Positions 18,292-27,808 of a stretch of 64,000 bases of DNA are shown here, piece after piece. Position numbers and translations under genes: made by a program. Under the pieces are notes generated by a model. The model was not told where the DNA came from and searched no databases. It was given only the letters and a program-made list of their open reading frames with translations. Origin of the DNA: Lentisphaerota bacterium (GTDB lineage Bacteria; Verrucomicrobiota; Lentisphaeria; Victivallales; Victivallaceae). The stretch is from assembly GCA_015061865.1 (NCBI GenBank), contig SUVU01000002.1, positions 4,243 through 68,242 of the forward strand. The letters are read 5' to 3'. Every line of letters begins with the position of its first letter. Within the stretch, counting starts at the first letter, position 1.

Positions 18292-20190
18292 TTAATTAAG
18301 CATGATCTGACCGCCGGTCACAGCGATAGCCTGACCGGTTTCATACTGCTGTTCGACAGCGTAAACAATGGCTCTGGCGACATCAGCGGGAAAACAACCG
18401 CGATTCATCGGCACCAGACTTTCGTAGTGTTTACGGACATCAGCAACCGTTTTGGCTCCGGGGACTTTGCCCGCCGCCAGATACTGGACAAACAACCCTT
18501 TTTCCGGATCGCTCCACAACGGACCATCCAAAAAGTTTCCGGGACAGACCGCATTGACTTTGATCCGGTCACTGACCAGTTCCAGCGCAAAACTCTGCAC
18601 CAATCCCAAGCCGCCGAATTTGCTGCCGGCATAAGCACCGTTGTTTTTGCTGCCGAGCAAACCGCTTTTGCTGTTGACCTGAATAATATCACTCCATAAA
18701 CCGGTCGCCTGATTCTGACGGGCCATGACCCGGGCAAAATGTTTCGTGCAGAGGAAAAAGCCGTTATAATTGACATTGGTGACAAATTCCCAGGTTTTGA
18801 GGTCAAATTCTTTGACCGAGCCTGCTCTGGCTACCCCGGCATTGGAAATCAGGATATCCACACCGCCGTATTCTTTAACAATGGACTGCACCAGTGTTTC
18901 CACCGAGTTTTCGTCAGCCACATTGACTGCGAAACCCCGGCATCCGGCGCCCAATTTGGCTGCTGCGGCAGCAGCACCGTCGGCATTCATGTCGGCGATA
19001 ACGATATCTGCCCCCTGCGCCGCCAGTGATTCAGCGATACCAAGTCCGAATCCCTGCGCTCCGCCGGTGACCACGGCGACCATACCGGTCAGCGAACTGT
19101 TGCTGCCGGAAGCGACTTTGGCACGGTAAGATTCGACTTCCCAGTTTTCAATAAACTCCCGCTGGGCATCGTTGAGATAATGAACTCCGCCAAATGCAGA
19201 TGCAATTTTTTCGATTTGTGCGCCATTGAGCGCCAATGCCAGCACCGTTGCCGCAGCAGCACGGTTTTTACCGACACAGAACACGGCTTTGCCGGATACT
19301 TCGACCATCCGCGGCGGATAGTTGCGCTGCACCCGGAATTCAGCGATTTGAGCCGCATCCGGAGCATCAGAGATCAAACCGAAAGCTTTGGCATACACCA
19401 GATGATCCGGTGACAGCGGCCCGCGCGGAATATTGAATGCTCCGGAAGCGCTGACCGTGACTGCTTTACAGGCATCTGCTTCCGGCCGCAGCCAGCCGCG
19501 CAGCGACGGAGATAACTGCATCACGCAATCCATGTCAATTTCCCCCGGCTCAACCGGCGCAGTATCCACGCCTTTGGCGGCACAGAAATCTTTAAGTATC
19601 TCCATGATCCCGGTATAAAGCGCATCAATTTCATCGGCGCTGTCAGCTCCGACAAAAACCCCGTGGTTTTGCAGGAAAATGACCTGCGGATCAAAACCAT
19701 TGGCGGCTTTGAATTTTACACACTCGTCAAAAACCACTTTCGCAAGCGTAAAACCGGGGTCGCAATAATCCACCCAAAGCGCATTCGGGAAAAGTTCGGC
19801 ACAAATTTTTGCGCCGTCATTACCGCAAGTCATACCGTTGACCAATGCCGGGTGAGTATGAACCACATATTTAAAAGGCATGATCTCATGCAGCGGAGCT
19901 TCCACAGACGGACGCATACCTTCGCCGACCACCGCAAACGCCATCAGGCTTTTGACTTTGGCTTCCCGTTCGGCTTTGGTGGCAAATCCGCCAAGTTCGA
20001 AACAGCTGCGGACGATTTCCCGATCCATTTTTACAAAATCACTCTCGGTGATTTTTGCCAGAGAAACTCCACTGGGTTTCACATAAAGCAGTTTTTCATC
20101 TTTATAGGATGTGTTGCCGCCGCCGGCAAGAACGAAATCCGGATCAGCACCGTAGCGGTTGGACAACTCTTTGATAACAGTCAGTGACAT
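18292..20190 (-). CDS. Bifunctional class II aldolase / short-chain dehydrogenase (rhamnulose-1-phosphate aldolase/lactaldehyde dehydrogenase-like)
   Basis: The N-terminal aldolase/adducin-like half is followed by a C-terminal SDR (VTGGAQGFG, YAGSK). The start was trimmed to MSLTV (ATG at 20190) behind a GGAGG SD. Confidence 0.75.
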   Translation of the reverse strand: MSLTVIKELSNRYGADPDFVLAGGGNTSYKDEKLLYVKPSGVSLAKITESDFVKMDREIVRSCFELGGFATKAEREAKVKSLMAFAVVGEGMRPSVEAPLHEIMPFKYVVHTHPALVNGMTCGNDGAKICAELFPNALWVDYCDPGFTLAKVVFDECVKFKAANGFDPQVIFLQNHGVFVGADSADEIDALYTGIMEILKDFCAAKGVDTAPVEPGEIDMDCVMQLSPSLRGWLRPEADACKAVTVSASGAFNIPRGPLSPDHLVYAKAFGLISDAPDAAQIAEFRVQRNYPPRMVEVSGKAVFCVGKNRAAAATVLALALNGAQIEKIASAFGGVHYLNDAQREFIENWEVESYRAKVASGSNSSLTGMVAVVTGGAQGFGLGIAESLAAQGADIVIADMNADGAAAAAAKLGAGCRGFAVNVADENSVETLVQSIVKEYGGVDILISNAGVARAGSVKEFDLKTWEFVTNVNYNGFFLCTKHFARVMARQNQATGLWSDIIQVNSKSGLLGSKNNGAYAGSKFGGLGLVQSFALELVSDRIKVNAVCPGNFLDGPLWSDPEKGLFVQYLAAGKVPGAKTVADVRKHYESLVPMNRGCFPADVARAIVYAVEQQYETGQAIAVTGGQIMLN

Positions 20191-20218
20191 TTTTTGACCT
20201 CCGTAATATTTGTGATTT

Positions 20219-21328
20219 TTAATCTCTTGCGTCATCTTTTATATTCAAATGCAGCTGGATGATCGTGATTATCACCAACAGCAAAAATGCCTGTCCGACA
20301 ATCACCGCTGCCGTTTTGAAATCTCCCCAATATATCGGCAATGCTCCCAGCGCCACGGTCAGCGCCATGAAATGCACCAGCATTACTGCGTTGCGCCGGC
20401 TCAATCCCATCCGCACGAAACGGTGGGAAATATGGTTGTGGTCACCGATCCAGAAAGGCTTCCGCTTCCACGTTCTGATCGCCACCACCATAAGCGTATC
20501 AAACAGCGGCAGTGCCAGTATAAATGCCGGGATCAGCACCGGAAATCGTGACATGGAAAAACTTTTATCAAAAAATGTCACCTGTACCGCCATTACCGCC
20601 GCCAGGAATCCGATAAAATGACTGCCGGAATCTCCCATAAAAATAGATGCCGGATTGGAGTTGAACACCCAGAATCCGCAACATACGCCGCAATTGAGCG
20701 CCGCAAATGCTGCCAGAAAGTATTCCCCGTTCAGTGCGGCTATCACCAGAAAGAAAAACATTGCGATCGCAATGGTACCGGCAGCCAATCCATCCATGTT
20801 GTCAAAGAAATTGATGGAATTCATCATCAGCACGATCCAGAAAACCGTCACTGCTTCGGCAAGAAAAGGCACTTCGCCAAAAAGATTTATTTTGATTCCA
20901 CCGCCGACAACGGCAAGCAGCGCCACCAGAAACTGACCGCCGAATTTAGCTTTGGCACTCAATGCAAACCGGTCATCCAGCAAACCGAGCAAAACCGCCA
21001 GCAGAGCAGCGATCACTACGAAAGATAATTGCAGTGACACACTTTTGAATCCGGCAGCATGAGTCAACCAAATATTCCGCCACGCCTGCGGCACCCAACC
21101 GGAAACCACGGCAATTGCACCGCAAACAATAACCAACAGCCATGCCGAAAACATCGCCGCTCCACCGAGCAGCGGGGTGGCTTGGGCATGACCTTTGTGA
21201 TTATCTGCAGGACGGTCAAGAAAACCGATCCGCCATGCGATCTTGCGGAAAAAAAGTGTCAATATCAGCGATGACAGAAATGCACCGGCAAAAACCAGAG
21301 CATAAATCACCAACCAGTTATTCCACAT
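20219..21328 (-). CDS. Polyprenyl-phosphate HexNAc-1-phosphate transferase (MraY/WecA family, GT4)
   Basis: Motifs NFFDNMDGLAAG and IFMGDSGSHFIGF, with about 10 TM helices. Confidence 0.8.
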   Translation of the reverse strand: MWNNWLVIYALVFAGAFLSSLILTLFFRKIAWRIGFLDRPADNHKGHAQATPLLGGAAMFSAWLLVIVCGAIAVVSGWVPQAWRNIWLTHAAGFKSVSLQLSFVVIAALLAVLLGLLDDRFALSAKAKFGGQFLVALLAVVGGGIKINLFGEVPFLAEAVTVFWIVLMMNSINFFDNMDGLAAGTIAIAMFFFLVIAALNGEYFLAAFAALNCGVCCGFWVFNSNPASIFMGDSGSHFIGFLAAVMAVQVTFFDKSFSMSRFPVLIPAFILALPLFDTLMVVAIRTWKRKPFWIGDHNHISHRFVRMGLSRRNAVMLVHFMALTVALGALPIYWGDFKTAAVIVGQAFLLLVIITIIQLHLNIKDDARD

Positions 21329-21331
21329 TGT

Positions 21332-22087
21332 TTACTCCATGCTTCTGCGCACTGATTCAAATATCAGAACTGTCGCCGCCTGAGCGGCGTTTATAGACTC
21401 ATAATCTCCGGGCATCGGGATCATCACCCGTGCCGCATCCGGAGCCACGCCGAGGACCCCGTTGGGTTCGCCGCCGATAACGATAACCGAGTGTTCAAAC
21501 AATCCCTGCTGTTTGAAACAACTCTCTCCCTGATGCGGGTCGGCAATAAAAATTTTGCAAAACCCAAGTTCACGCGCCGCCAGCGCTAATTCTTCCAGCG
21601 TATCAAACCGGCGCATCCGCAGTGCAAACTGCACGCCCATTCCGGAACGGATGGCTTTATCGCCCCACGGATCTATCGAACCTTTGGTATACCACAACTC
21701 ATGTTGCCCGGCAGCACGCAGTGATCTGGCGATCGTACCGAAATTTCCCGGATCACCCAACTGATCAAGCGCCAGAATAAAATCGCCCTGCACTGCGCCG
21801 GATGCCATTTCCGGCATATCGGCGACAGCGATCACCCCCTGACTGTTGACCGTACCGGAAAGCTCCTCAAACTCCCGTTCCGGCACGATCCGCAACTTGT
21901 CCGGAGCAGTACCAAGCGCCTCTATTCCCCGTTCAGTTGCCGCAATAAAACGCACTTTTTCCGGAAAATTGGTCAACAACTCCCGGACAGCACGCACCCC
22001 CTCGCAACGGCAGCACCCGGAACGGCGTCTGCCGCCGCGGGTAGTCAGTGCCAGAAGCAATGCTTTTTCGCGGCGGGAAAGATCCAT
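21332..22087 (-). CDS. SpoU/TrmH-family RNA 2'-O-methyltransferase
   Basis: Motifs GDPGNFGTIARSLRAAG, VIVIGGEPNGV and SINAAQAATVLIFE. Confidence 0.8.
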   Translation of the reverse strand: MDLSRREKALLLALTTRGGRRRSGCCRCEGVRAVRELLTNFPEKVRFIAATERGIEALGTAPDKLRIVPEREFEELSGTVNSQGVIAVADMPEMASGAVQGDFILALDQLGDPGNFGTIARSLRAAGQHELWYTKGSIDPWGDKAIRSGMGVQFALRMRRFDTLEELALAARELGFCKIFIADPHQGESCFKQQGLFEHSVIVIGGEPNGVLGVAPDAARVMIPMPGDYESINAAQAATVLIFESVRRSME

Positions 22088-22089
22088 TG

Positions 22090-22752
22090 TTATTTCACTT
22101 TGATATTAGCAAAATTTTTCAGCATATTACGGCAGAGATTGACGTAAATATCCTGTGCTCCATCAGCGGCACTGCCCAAATCGGCAATTTTCTGAAGCAT
22201 TTTTTCCGCTTCGGCGTTGTTTCCGGCGGCGATCAGCAGTCTGGCAGCGTGGAAACCGGCTTCCGCACGGGTCGGCAGGGAATTGGCAGCATCATCAGCC
22301 AGCACTTGATAACTTTTCCGGGCCTCCTGAGTTTCGCCCAGCAGTTCCAAACAATTGGCGGCGCCGATTTTACCACATTCCTGCAATGCAACAGCAGCTT
22401 TCGCAGCAGCAGCGAGATTGTCAAATTCAGCTTTTGCGCCTTTCACATCGCCTTTGGCAAGCAAACCGTTTGCCAAACGCAGCCGGGCAGCAGGAACTGC
22501 CGGATGCTCCGGTTTTTCCGCAATGATGCCGGCGATTTCTTCAACTTTTGCCGCACCGAGTTTTTCCCTGAATTCCGCATCATTTTTCTGGGCGAAATAG
22601 TGCCACGCTGCCGCAGCACCGGCAGCCAGAATCACTGCAAAAGTCAAAACCACGCATTTTTTCCAGTTGGCAGCGAACCACAATTCCATGCGCTCACGGT
22701 CAGAGAACAGCGATTCGCCCAGCTGGCTGCCTTTAATATCTTTTTTTGCCAT
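22090..22752 (-). CDS. YfgM-like membrane-anchored TPR protein
   Basis: The N-terminal segment LWFAANWKKCVVLTFAVILAAGAAAAWHYF parallels the YfgM anchor. It is followed by Ala-rich TPR-like helices. Confidence 0.55.
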   Translation of the reverse strand: MAKKDIKGSQLGESLFSDRERMELWFAANWKKCVVLTFAVILAAGAAAAWHYFAQKNDAEFREKLGAAKVEEIAGIIAEKPEHPAVPAARLRLANGLLAKGDVKGAKAEFDNLAAAAKAAVALQECGKIGAANCLELLGETQEARKSYQVLADDAANSLPTRAEAGFHAARLLIAAGNNAEAEKMLQKIADLGSAADGAQDIYVNLCRNMLKNFANIKVK

Positions 22753-22782
22753 AATTTCACAAACTCCTGTGTTTTTCTGTTA

Positions 22783-23904
22783 TCAATGGTGAGAGAAAAT
22801 ACGTTCCGGAGCGTGGAACAGCGCCACCCCCAACTCGTTGGCACGTTTGATCACATCGGCGTCACGCAAACTTCCAGCCGGAGCGATGATCGCTTTGACA
22901 CCGGCGGCAGCGGCGACTTCGACACCATCCTCAAAGGGGAAAAATCCGTCACTGCTCATCACCGAATTTTCCAGAGTGCCATTTCCGGTATATTTCTCTT
23001 TGAATTTCACGACCGCCTGTTCGATCGCACCGACACGATCCTGTTCACCGGTACCTACCGAAAGCGTCTGACCGTTGGAAACGATCACCACACCGTTGGA
23101 ACGGACGCTCAAGTTAACGTGCCAGCTGAACAGCAGATCACGTTTCATATCCTCACTGCACGGCACATTGGAAACCTGTTTGCCGCACCGGGAATTTTCA
23201 CCGCAGGCGGGTTTAAGGTCTGCAACCGTCCGCAAAGAGGTCAGCAGCGGAGCCGCCACGATCAAAGAACCGTCAGCCAGAACTTTCACGGTATCAACGG
23301 CATCGGCAGCATCAGAACAATATTTGGGCAGCGCAGCAATGTCACCGCACTGGATGATCCGGACGTGCTTGTTGAGTTTGAAACGCTCGGAGTCATTGAA
23401 CACCGCCAACGCTTCATCGTCAAACGCCGGAGCAACAACGCACTCCACAAACGTACTCATGATCTCTTCGGCGGTTTCCACATCAACTTTCACGTTAAAA
23501 GCGATCACACTGCCGAAAGCCGCACGGGCATCAGCATCACGGGCTTTGATATAAACCTGTTTGAGCGTTTCACCGGGGCAGCCGACTGCGGCACCGGAGG
23601 GGTTGACATGTTTCATCACCGCACATGCCGGAGCATCAGGGCAGAATTTCACGATATTCAACGCACCGGAAATATCTTCCAGATTGGTCTGGGAAAGACC
23701 GTTTTTGCCGTTTTTCAGAATTTTCATGCCGCCGATAACACCGGTCACACCGGCGGGACGGTAATATGCCGCCGGCTGATGCGGGTTGGTGCCGTAACGC
23801 AAATCATCTACTTTTTCATACTTCACACCGGCGACATCAATCGTTTCCGGGAAGCTGCCGACATTTTTTTCCAGATAGCTGGAACGGGACAATTCAGTTG
23901 CCAT
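22783..23904 (-). CDS. purH: AICAR formyltransferase domain protein (PurH C-terminal domain only, no IMP cyclohydrolase/MGS domain)
   Basis: It has the RYGTNPHQ motif, and the C-terminus AIIAPAGSLRDADVIKRANELGVALFHAPERIFSHH matches the PurH end. At 373 aa it leaves no room for the roughly 200-aa IMPCH domain. Confidence 0.8.
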   Translation of the reverse strand: MATELSRSSYLEKNVGSFPETIDVAGVKYEKVDDLRYGTNPHQPAAYYRPAGVTGVIGGMKILKNGKNGLSQTNLEDISGALNIVKFCPDAPACAVMKHVNPSGAAVGCPGETLKQVYIKARDADARAAFGSVIAFNVKVDVETAEEIMSTFVECVVAPAFDDEALAVFNDSERFKLNKHVRIIQCGDIAALPKYCSDAADAVDTVKVLADGSLIVAAPLLTSLRTVADLKPACGENSRCGKQVSNVPCSEDMKRDLLFSWHVNLSVRSNGVVIVSNGQTLSVGTGEQDRVGAIEQAVVKFKEKYTGNGTLENSVMSSDGFFPFEDGVEVAAAAGVKAIIAPAGSLRDADVIKRANELGVALFHAPERIFSHH

Positions 23905-24044
23905 TTTTCACTCTTTCCTATGTAAAATTAATAAAAATGGAAATTTTCTCCACAATACAATATATCACCATTTGAACTTATGAGCAAATGGAACTATCTT
24001 TTAAATATGGATTTTCCTGAACATTTTTTTAATTTTGGTGTCAA

Positions 24045-24683
24045 ATGGACAAAAAAAACGGTTTTTTCATCACTTTTGAAGGCCCCGAGGGTGCCGGAAA
24101 AAGTTCTCAAGTACGGATGCTGGCAGAACATCTGACTGCTCTCGGCATGGAGTGCATCCTCACCCGTGAACCCGGCGGAACGCCGCTGGCCGAGGATATC
24201 CGGCAGGTCGTCAAATCCCATCACAGCAGTGAACCGGTTCACCCGGAAACAGAATTACTGCTGATGGAAGCAGCACGCTCCCAACATGTTCATGAAGTGA
24301 TCCTGCCTGCCCTTGCCGCAGGCAAAACCGTGATCTGCGACCGCTTCTACGACTCAACCACGGCGTATCAGGGCGGCGCCAGAAATCTGCCATTGGACAC
24401 GATCAATATTCTCAATTCATTTGCCGCCGCCGGCAGAAAACCGGATTTGACCTTTTTGATGGATCTGCCGCCTGAAGTTGGCTTTGAGCGTATCCGTTCC
24501 CGTGAAAGCGAGGGATATGACCGTTTTGAAAATGAAAATATCCAATTTCACCGCACCGTCCGGCAGGCATTCATTGACCTCGCCGCCGGGGAGCCGGAAC
24601 GGGTCAAAGTTATTGATGCGACCGCTGATATCGCAACCATCAGCGGACAGATACGGAAAATTGTCGATGAGCATTTACGCTGA
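24045..24683 (+). CDS. tmk: Thymidylate kinase
   Basis: P-loop FITFEGPEGAGKSSQ and a DRF motif. Confidence 0.9.
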   Translation: MDKKNGFFITFEGPEGAGKSSQVRMLAEHLTALGMECILTREPGGTPLAEDIRQVVKSHHSSEPVHPETELLLMEAARSQHVHEVILPALAAGKTVICDRFYDSTTAYQGGARNLPLDTINILNSFAAAGRKPDLTFLMDLPPEVGFERIRSRESEGYDRFENENIQFHRTVRQAFIDLAAGEPERVKVIDATADIATISGQIRKIVDEHLR

Positions 24684-25716
24684 ATACTCCAAATGCTACG
24701 GCGATCTGATCCGCTGTCTGGAAAATGCCCGTGCTGCCAACCGTTTGGCACACGCTTTTCTGGTCCACTCGCCGGATGCCTCCGTCCGCCGGGATTTTGC
24801 CAAAATCATCATGCAGATCGCCGGATGCCAGAACTTGAAAAACGGCAAACCTGATCTCACCTGCCGCTTCTGCCGTCAGGTGGAATCCGGGCTTTATGCC
24901 GACTGCCACACCGTCGGACCGGTCGGCAAAATGTATCAGATCAAAGTCGGTGACCGGCTCAATCCGGAACCGAACACCCTGCGCGATCTGCTCGATCACA
25001 TCGGTTATACTTCCGGAAGTCACCGCAAATTCGGAGTGATCGAGGATGCTGACCGGATGGGGGTAGAGGCTCAAAATGCCTTGTTGAAAACTTTGGAAGA
25101 GCCGCCGCCGGATACCACGATCATTCTGGAAACAGCCAATCCCGGCGCTTTGCTGCCGACCACCCGTTCCCGCTGTCAGCTGCTGGAACTGCCGGACAAC
25201 AAATTCCGTTTTGAATTCAGCGGCTTTGACGAAACCAGACGGGCAGTATTTGCGCTCTGTTTCAAATGCGGCTGTGACATGGTAAAAATAGAACGGGCTG
25301 CCAGCAAACTGATCGCCGTCAGCGAAGCGTTGAGCGAGCAGACCGCATTGACCGTAGAGGCCGAATTTGCCGATGCCATGCAAACCGCTGCCATGAGCGA
25401 AGATCCGGCCTTTATCAAGCGGCTGGAAGCCCGCAAAAAAGATGCCGCCAGCGGAGCATTTATGCGGGAAAGAAGAAGTTTTATCGCCGCCATATCCACG
25501 TTTTGCTCCCAGCTGTTTCTGCTTGCCAACGGCGCAGCTTACGCCGACCTGCCCAATCCGGAACTGTTTGAGCATCTGGAAATTCCTGCCGACCTGTCGA
25601 TTGACCGGGCGCAAAGAATATTAAAAGAAGCAGAGGATCTGGAATACACCCTCTGCTTCAACGTCAGCACCGATCTGGCACTGCGTACCTTTGCTCTCAA
25701 TGTGGCGATGAATTAA
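24667..25716 (+). CDS. holB: DNA polymerase III delta' subunit
   Basis: Motifs AHAFLVHSP, a Cys cluster (C-x..-CRFC...C), and KTLEEPP. The start was trimmed to MSIYAEY (ATG at 24667), which overlaps the tmk end by 17 nt. Confidence 0.8.
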   Translation: MSIYAEYSKCYGDLIRCLENARAANRLAHAFLVHSPDASVRRDFAKIIMQIAGCQNLKNGKPDLTCRFCRQVESGLYADCHTVGPVGKMYQIKVGDRLNPEPNTLRDLLDHIGYTSGSHRKFGVIEDADRMGVEAQNALLKTLEEPPPDTTIILETANPGALLPTTRSRCQLLELPDNKFRFEFSGFDETRRAVFALCFKCGCDMVKIERAASKLIAVSEALSEQTALTVEAEFADAMQTAAMSEDPAFIKRLEARKKDAASGAFMRERRSFIAAISTFCSQLFLLANGAAYADLPNPELFEHLEIPADLSIDRAQRILKEAEDLEYTLCFNVSTDLALRTFALNVAMN

Positions 25717-26135
25717 ATCACCCGCATCCCGATCAGGCGCATGACGCCATCACGGTCACCGAAAAGCAATTGCAGCAGCAGTTGCCGCCGCACTTCACGG
25801 CCCTGCCGGTCAAATTTGACGAAATCCAGCACCCACACCTGATTTACGACCAGCGGGGTCTGCAGATAAGTCAAAAATCTGAAGCCGGTTATTTTGCCGT
25901 AAGCTCCAGTCAGGTTATCGTATGAGGCTTTGAATTTTTCCGCATCGCCGCTGCGCTCGGATTCACCTGCCGCCTGCAGAAACTGCCGGTAATCCCCGGT
26001 TTGGATCGCCATTACGATCGCTTCGCCCTGCCCTCTTGCCAGATCTGAAGTCGTGATCACCGGCGGTAATTCATCCGCCCGCACTCCAGATATTGCCGAC
26101 ATGGTCACAATGAAAAGCAAAACAACTTTTTTCAT
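25713..26135 (-). CDS. Small secreted protein, translationally coupled to the upstream secretin
   Basis: It has a signal peptide MKKVVLLFIVTMSAISGVRA and an ATGA overlap with the stop of the 26132 gene. 140 aa, family not recognised. Confidence 0.55.
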   Translation of the reverse strand: MKKVVLLFIVTMSAISGVRADELPPVITTSDLARGQGEAIVMAIQTGDYRQFLQAAGESERSGDAEKFKASYDNLTGAYGKITGFRFLTYLQTPLVVNQVWVLDFVKFDRQGREVRRQLLLQLLFGDRDGVMRLIGMRVI

Positions 26136-27793
26136 TTCGTTTTATGCTCCTGCTGATACCCCCACTGACAACTGGCGACTACGACCAATTCCGAGTTTTT
26201 GACCGACTTTGACTTGCTGGAAAACAAATATCCCAAATACGGAATATCAGATAACCACGGGATGCCGGTGGACGATTCTACGACTTCGCTTTTATTCAGC
26301 CCGCCGATCACAAACCCGCCATCACCGGCAAACGGCAGACTGACATTCTGCTTCACCACGCTGCCCTGCGAAATGCGCGGCGCCCCATTGGATTGAAACC
26401 CGATCAAACTGGTGTTACTGAGTTTGATTTCAAATCGGCACTCCTGCAAATTTACCGAAACATTGGCGACCTCCATCGTAAAGCCGTAACCGCCGGACGA
26501 AGTAACGATCTGTTTACTGCCTTTGCCCACCGGAATATCCTGCCGGTCTGCAGCCGCGATCGCCTGACCGATTATATCTGCCAGCCATTGATACGCCCCG
26601 ACTCCGGTATCCGGAGTGGTGACTGCATTGCCGGCAGCTTGAGAGTCATCCACAAAGAAAATCTGTGTTGTCCGGCTGAAAACGCCGCCGGTATTATTGC
26701 GCAGGCACAACTCGCCGGAATGAACGACCTGAGCATAGCCTTTAGCGGCAAGAAAATCCAGATACCGGCTGTTCCATTTGGGGTTGAAATTGAAAAAATT
26801 GCTCCGTTCCGAACCGTAGCTCTGTTTCAAATTACCGGCGACGCCGTAAACTGCCGCCCAGTTGTTGCGATATCTGCCGCCGACTGAAAAAAAATCACTG
26901 CCTTCATTATTTTTCCAACTCTGGAAATCAATTCCGATCCGGTCATCGTTTTCAGAATAAACTTCATAAACCTTTATCTGCAGCCGGACTTGCGGGATCG
27001 GCACATCGTACTGCGACAGCAAATTGGAAATATTTTCGCAGGAATAGTTTGAAACGTCAAAAATCAGCCAGTTCAAATCCTGATCGGTCGTGACCAGATC
27101 CTGCCCCTGCCACAATTCAGTGACATCGCTGACATTCATGCCGACGTTTTCGATCAATGGCAGCAGATTTGCCGCCGGGACGTATTTAGGCATATAAATA
27201 AACATCTGACTGCCCGTGCCAAGTGCGCCCATTGCCGGATCGTCGAACATCGCTACGATCGTATCAATGCCCATACCGTTCTCACTGTCTTTGAAACGGT
27301 ACTCCTCGGCGCTGACGATCAGCAGTCCGGTACCGTCAGAGTATTTCAGACACTCCACGGCAGTATTGCTGCCCAGATTCGCCGCCGGAGCATATCCGGG
27401 CTGAGCAGATGCCGGATTCAACTGGGGTTGAGATGCGGTGGCAGTCACCGGAAACGCCGTCGTATTACCGGGATAACTCTGCACCATACTGGTATTGCCG
27501 ACCCGCTTGCTCTGCACCATCTGCCGCAAATAATCCCGGAACTCATAAGCATCGAGATTTTTCAACACATAAGTTTTAGTCACCACCCGCGGATCATTGT
27601 TATCCCGGACAAAGTGAACCACCTCGGTATCTGTTGACAACGGCAATTGCAGCTGGGCTTCGACCCTGGTTCCGTCATATCCGGCAGTATTACCATTATT
27701 GGAATCCCGCGGCACCCCGGGAACGACTGCCCCTGAAAGCGGCGAAAAAAACAGCATCGCAGCACCAATACCGGCAAATATTTTTATATTCAT
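26132..27793 (-). CDS. Secretin-family outer-membrane channel protein (paralog B, 553 aa)
   Basis: It has a signal peptide. The C-terminal motif is GFVIGGLNKSEVVESSTGIPWLSDIPYLGYLFSSKSKSVKNSELVVV. The N-terminal N0-like segment is FVRDNNDPRVVTKTYVLKNL. Confidence 0.8.
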   Translation of the reverse strand: MNIKIFAGIGAAMLFFSPLSGAVVPGVPRDSNNGNTAGYDGTRVEAQLQLPLSTDTEVVHFVRDNNDPRVVTKTYVLKNLDAYEFRDYLRQMVQSKRVGNTSMVQSYPGNTTAFPVTATASQPQLNPASAQPGYAPAANLGSNTAVECLKYSDGTGLLIVSAEEYRFKDSENGMGIDTIVAMFDDPAMGALGTGSQMFIYMPKYVPAANLLPLIENVGMNVSDVTELWQGQDLVTTDQDLNWLIFDVSNYSCENISNLLSQYDVPIPQVRLQIKVYEVYSENDDRIGIDFQSWKNNEGSDFFSVGGRYRNNWAAVYGVAGNLKQSYGSERSNFFNFNPKWNSRYLDFLAAKGYAQVVHSGELCLRNNTGGVFSRTTQIFFVDDSQAAGNAVTTPDTGVGAYQWLADIIGQAIAAADRQDIPVGKGSKQIVTSSGGYGFTMEVANVSVNLQECRFEIKLSNTSLIGFQSNGAPRISQGSVVKQNVSLPFAGDGGFVIGGLNKSEVVESSTGIPWLSDIPYLGYLFSSKSKSVKNSELVVVASCQWGYQQEHKTK

Positions 27794-27808
27794 AGCGATT
27801 TCGGCTCC

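Noticed and set aside
22048-23925. 625-aa plus-strand ORF, the longest non-annotated ORF in the region
   Set aside because: It spans two real minus-strand genes (YfgM-like and the PurH AICARFT domain) and the intergenic gap between them. It has no recognisable domain.
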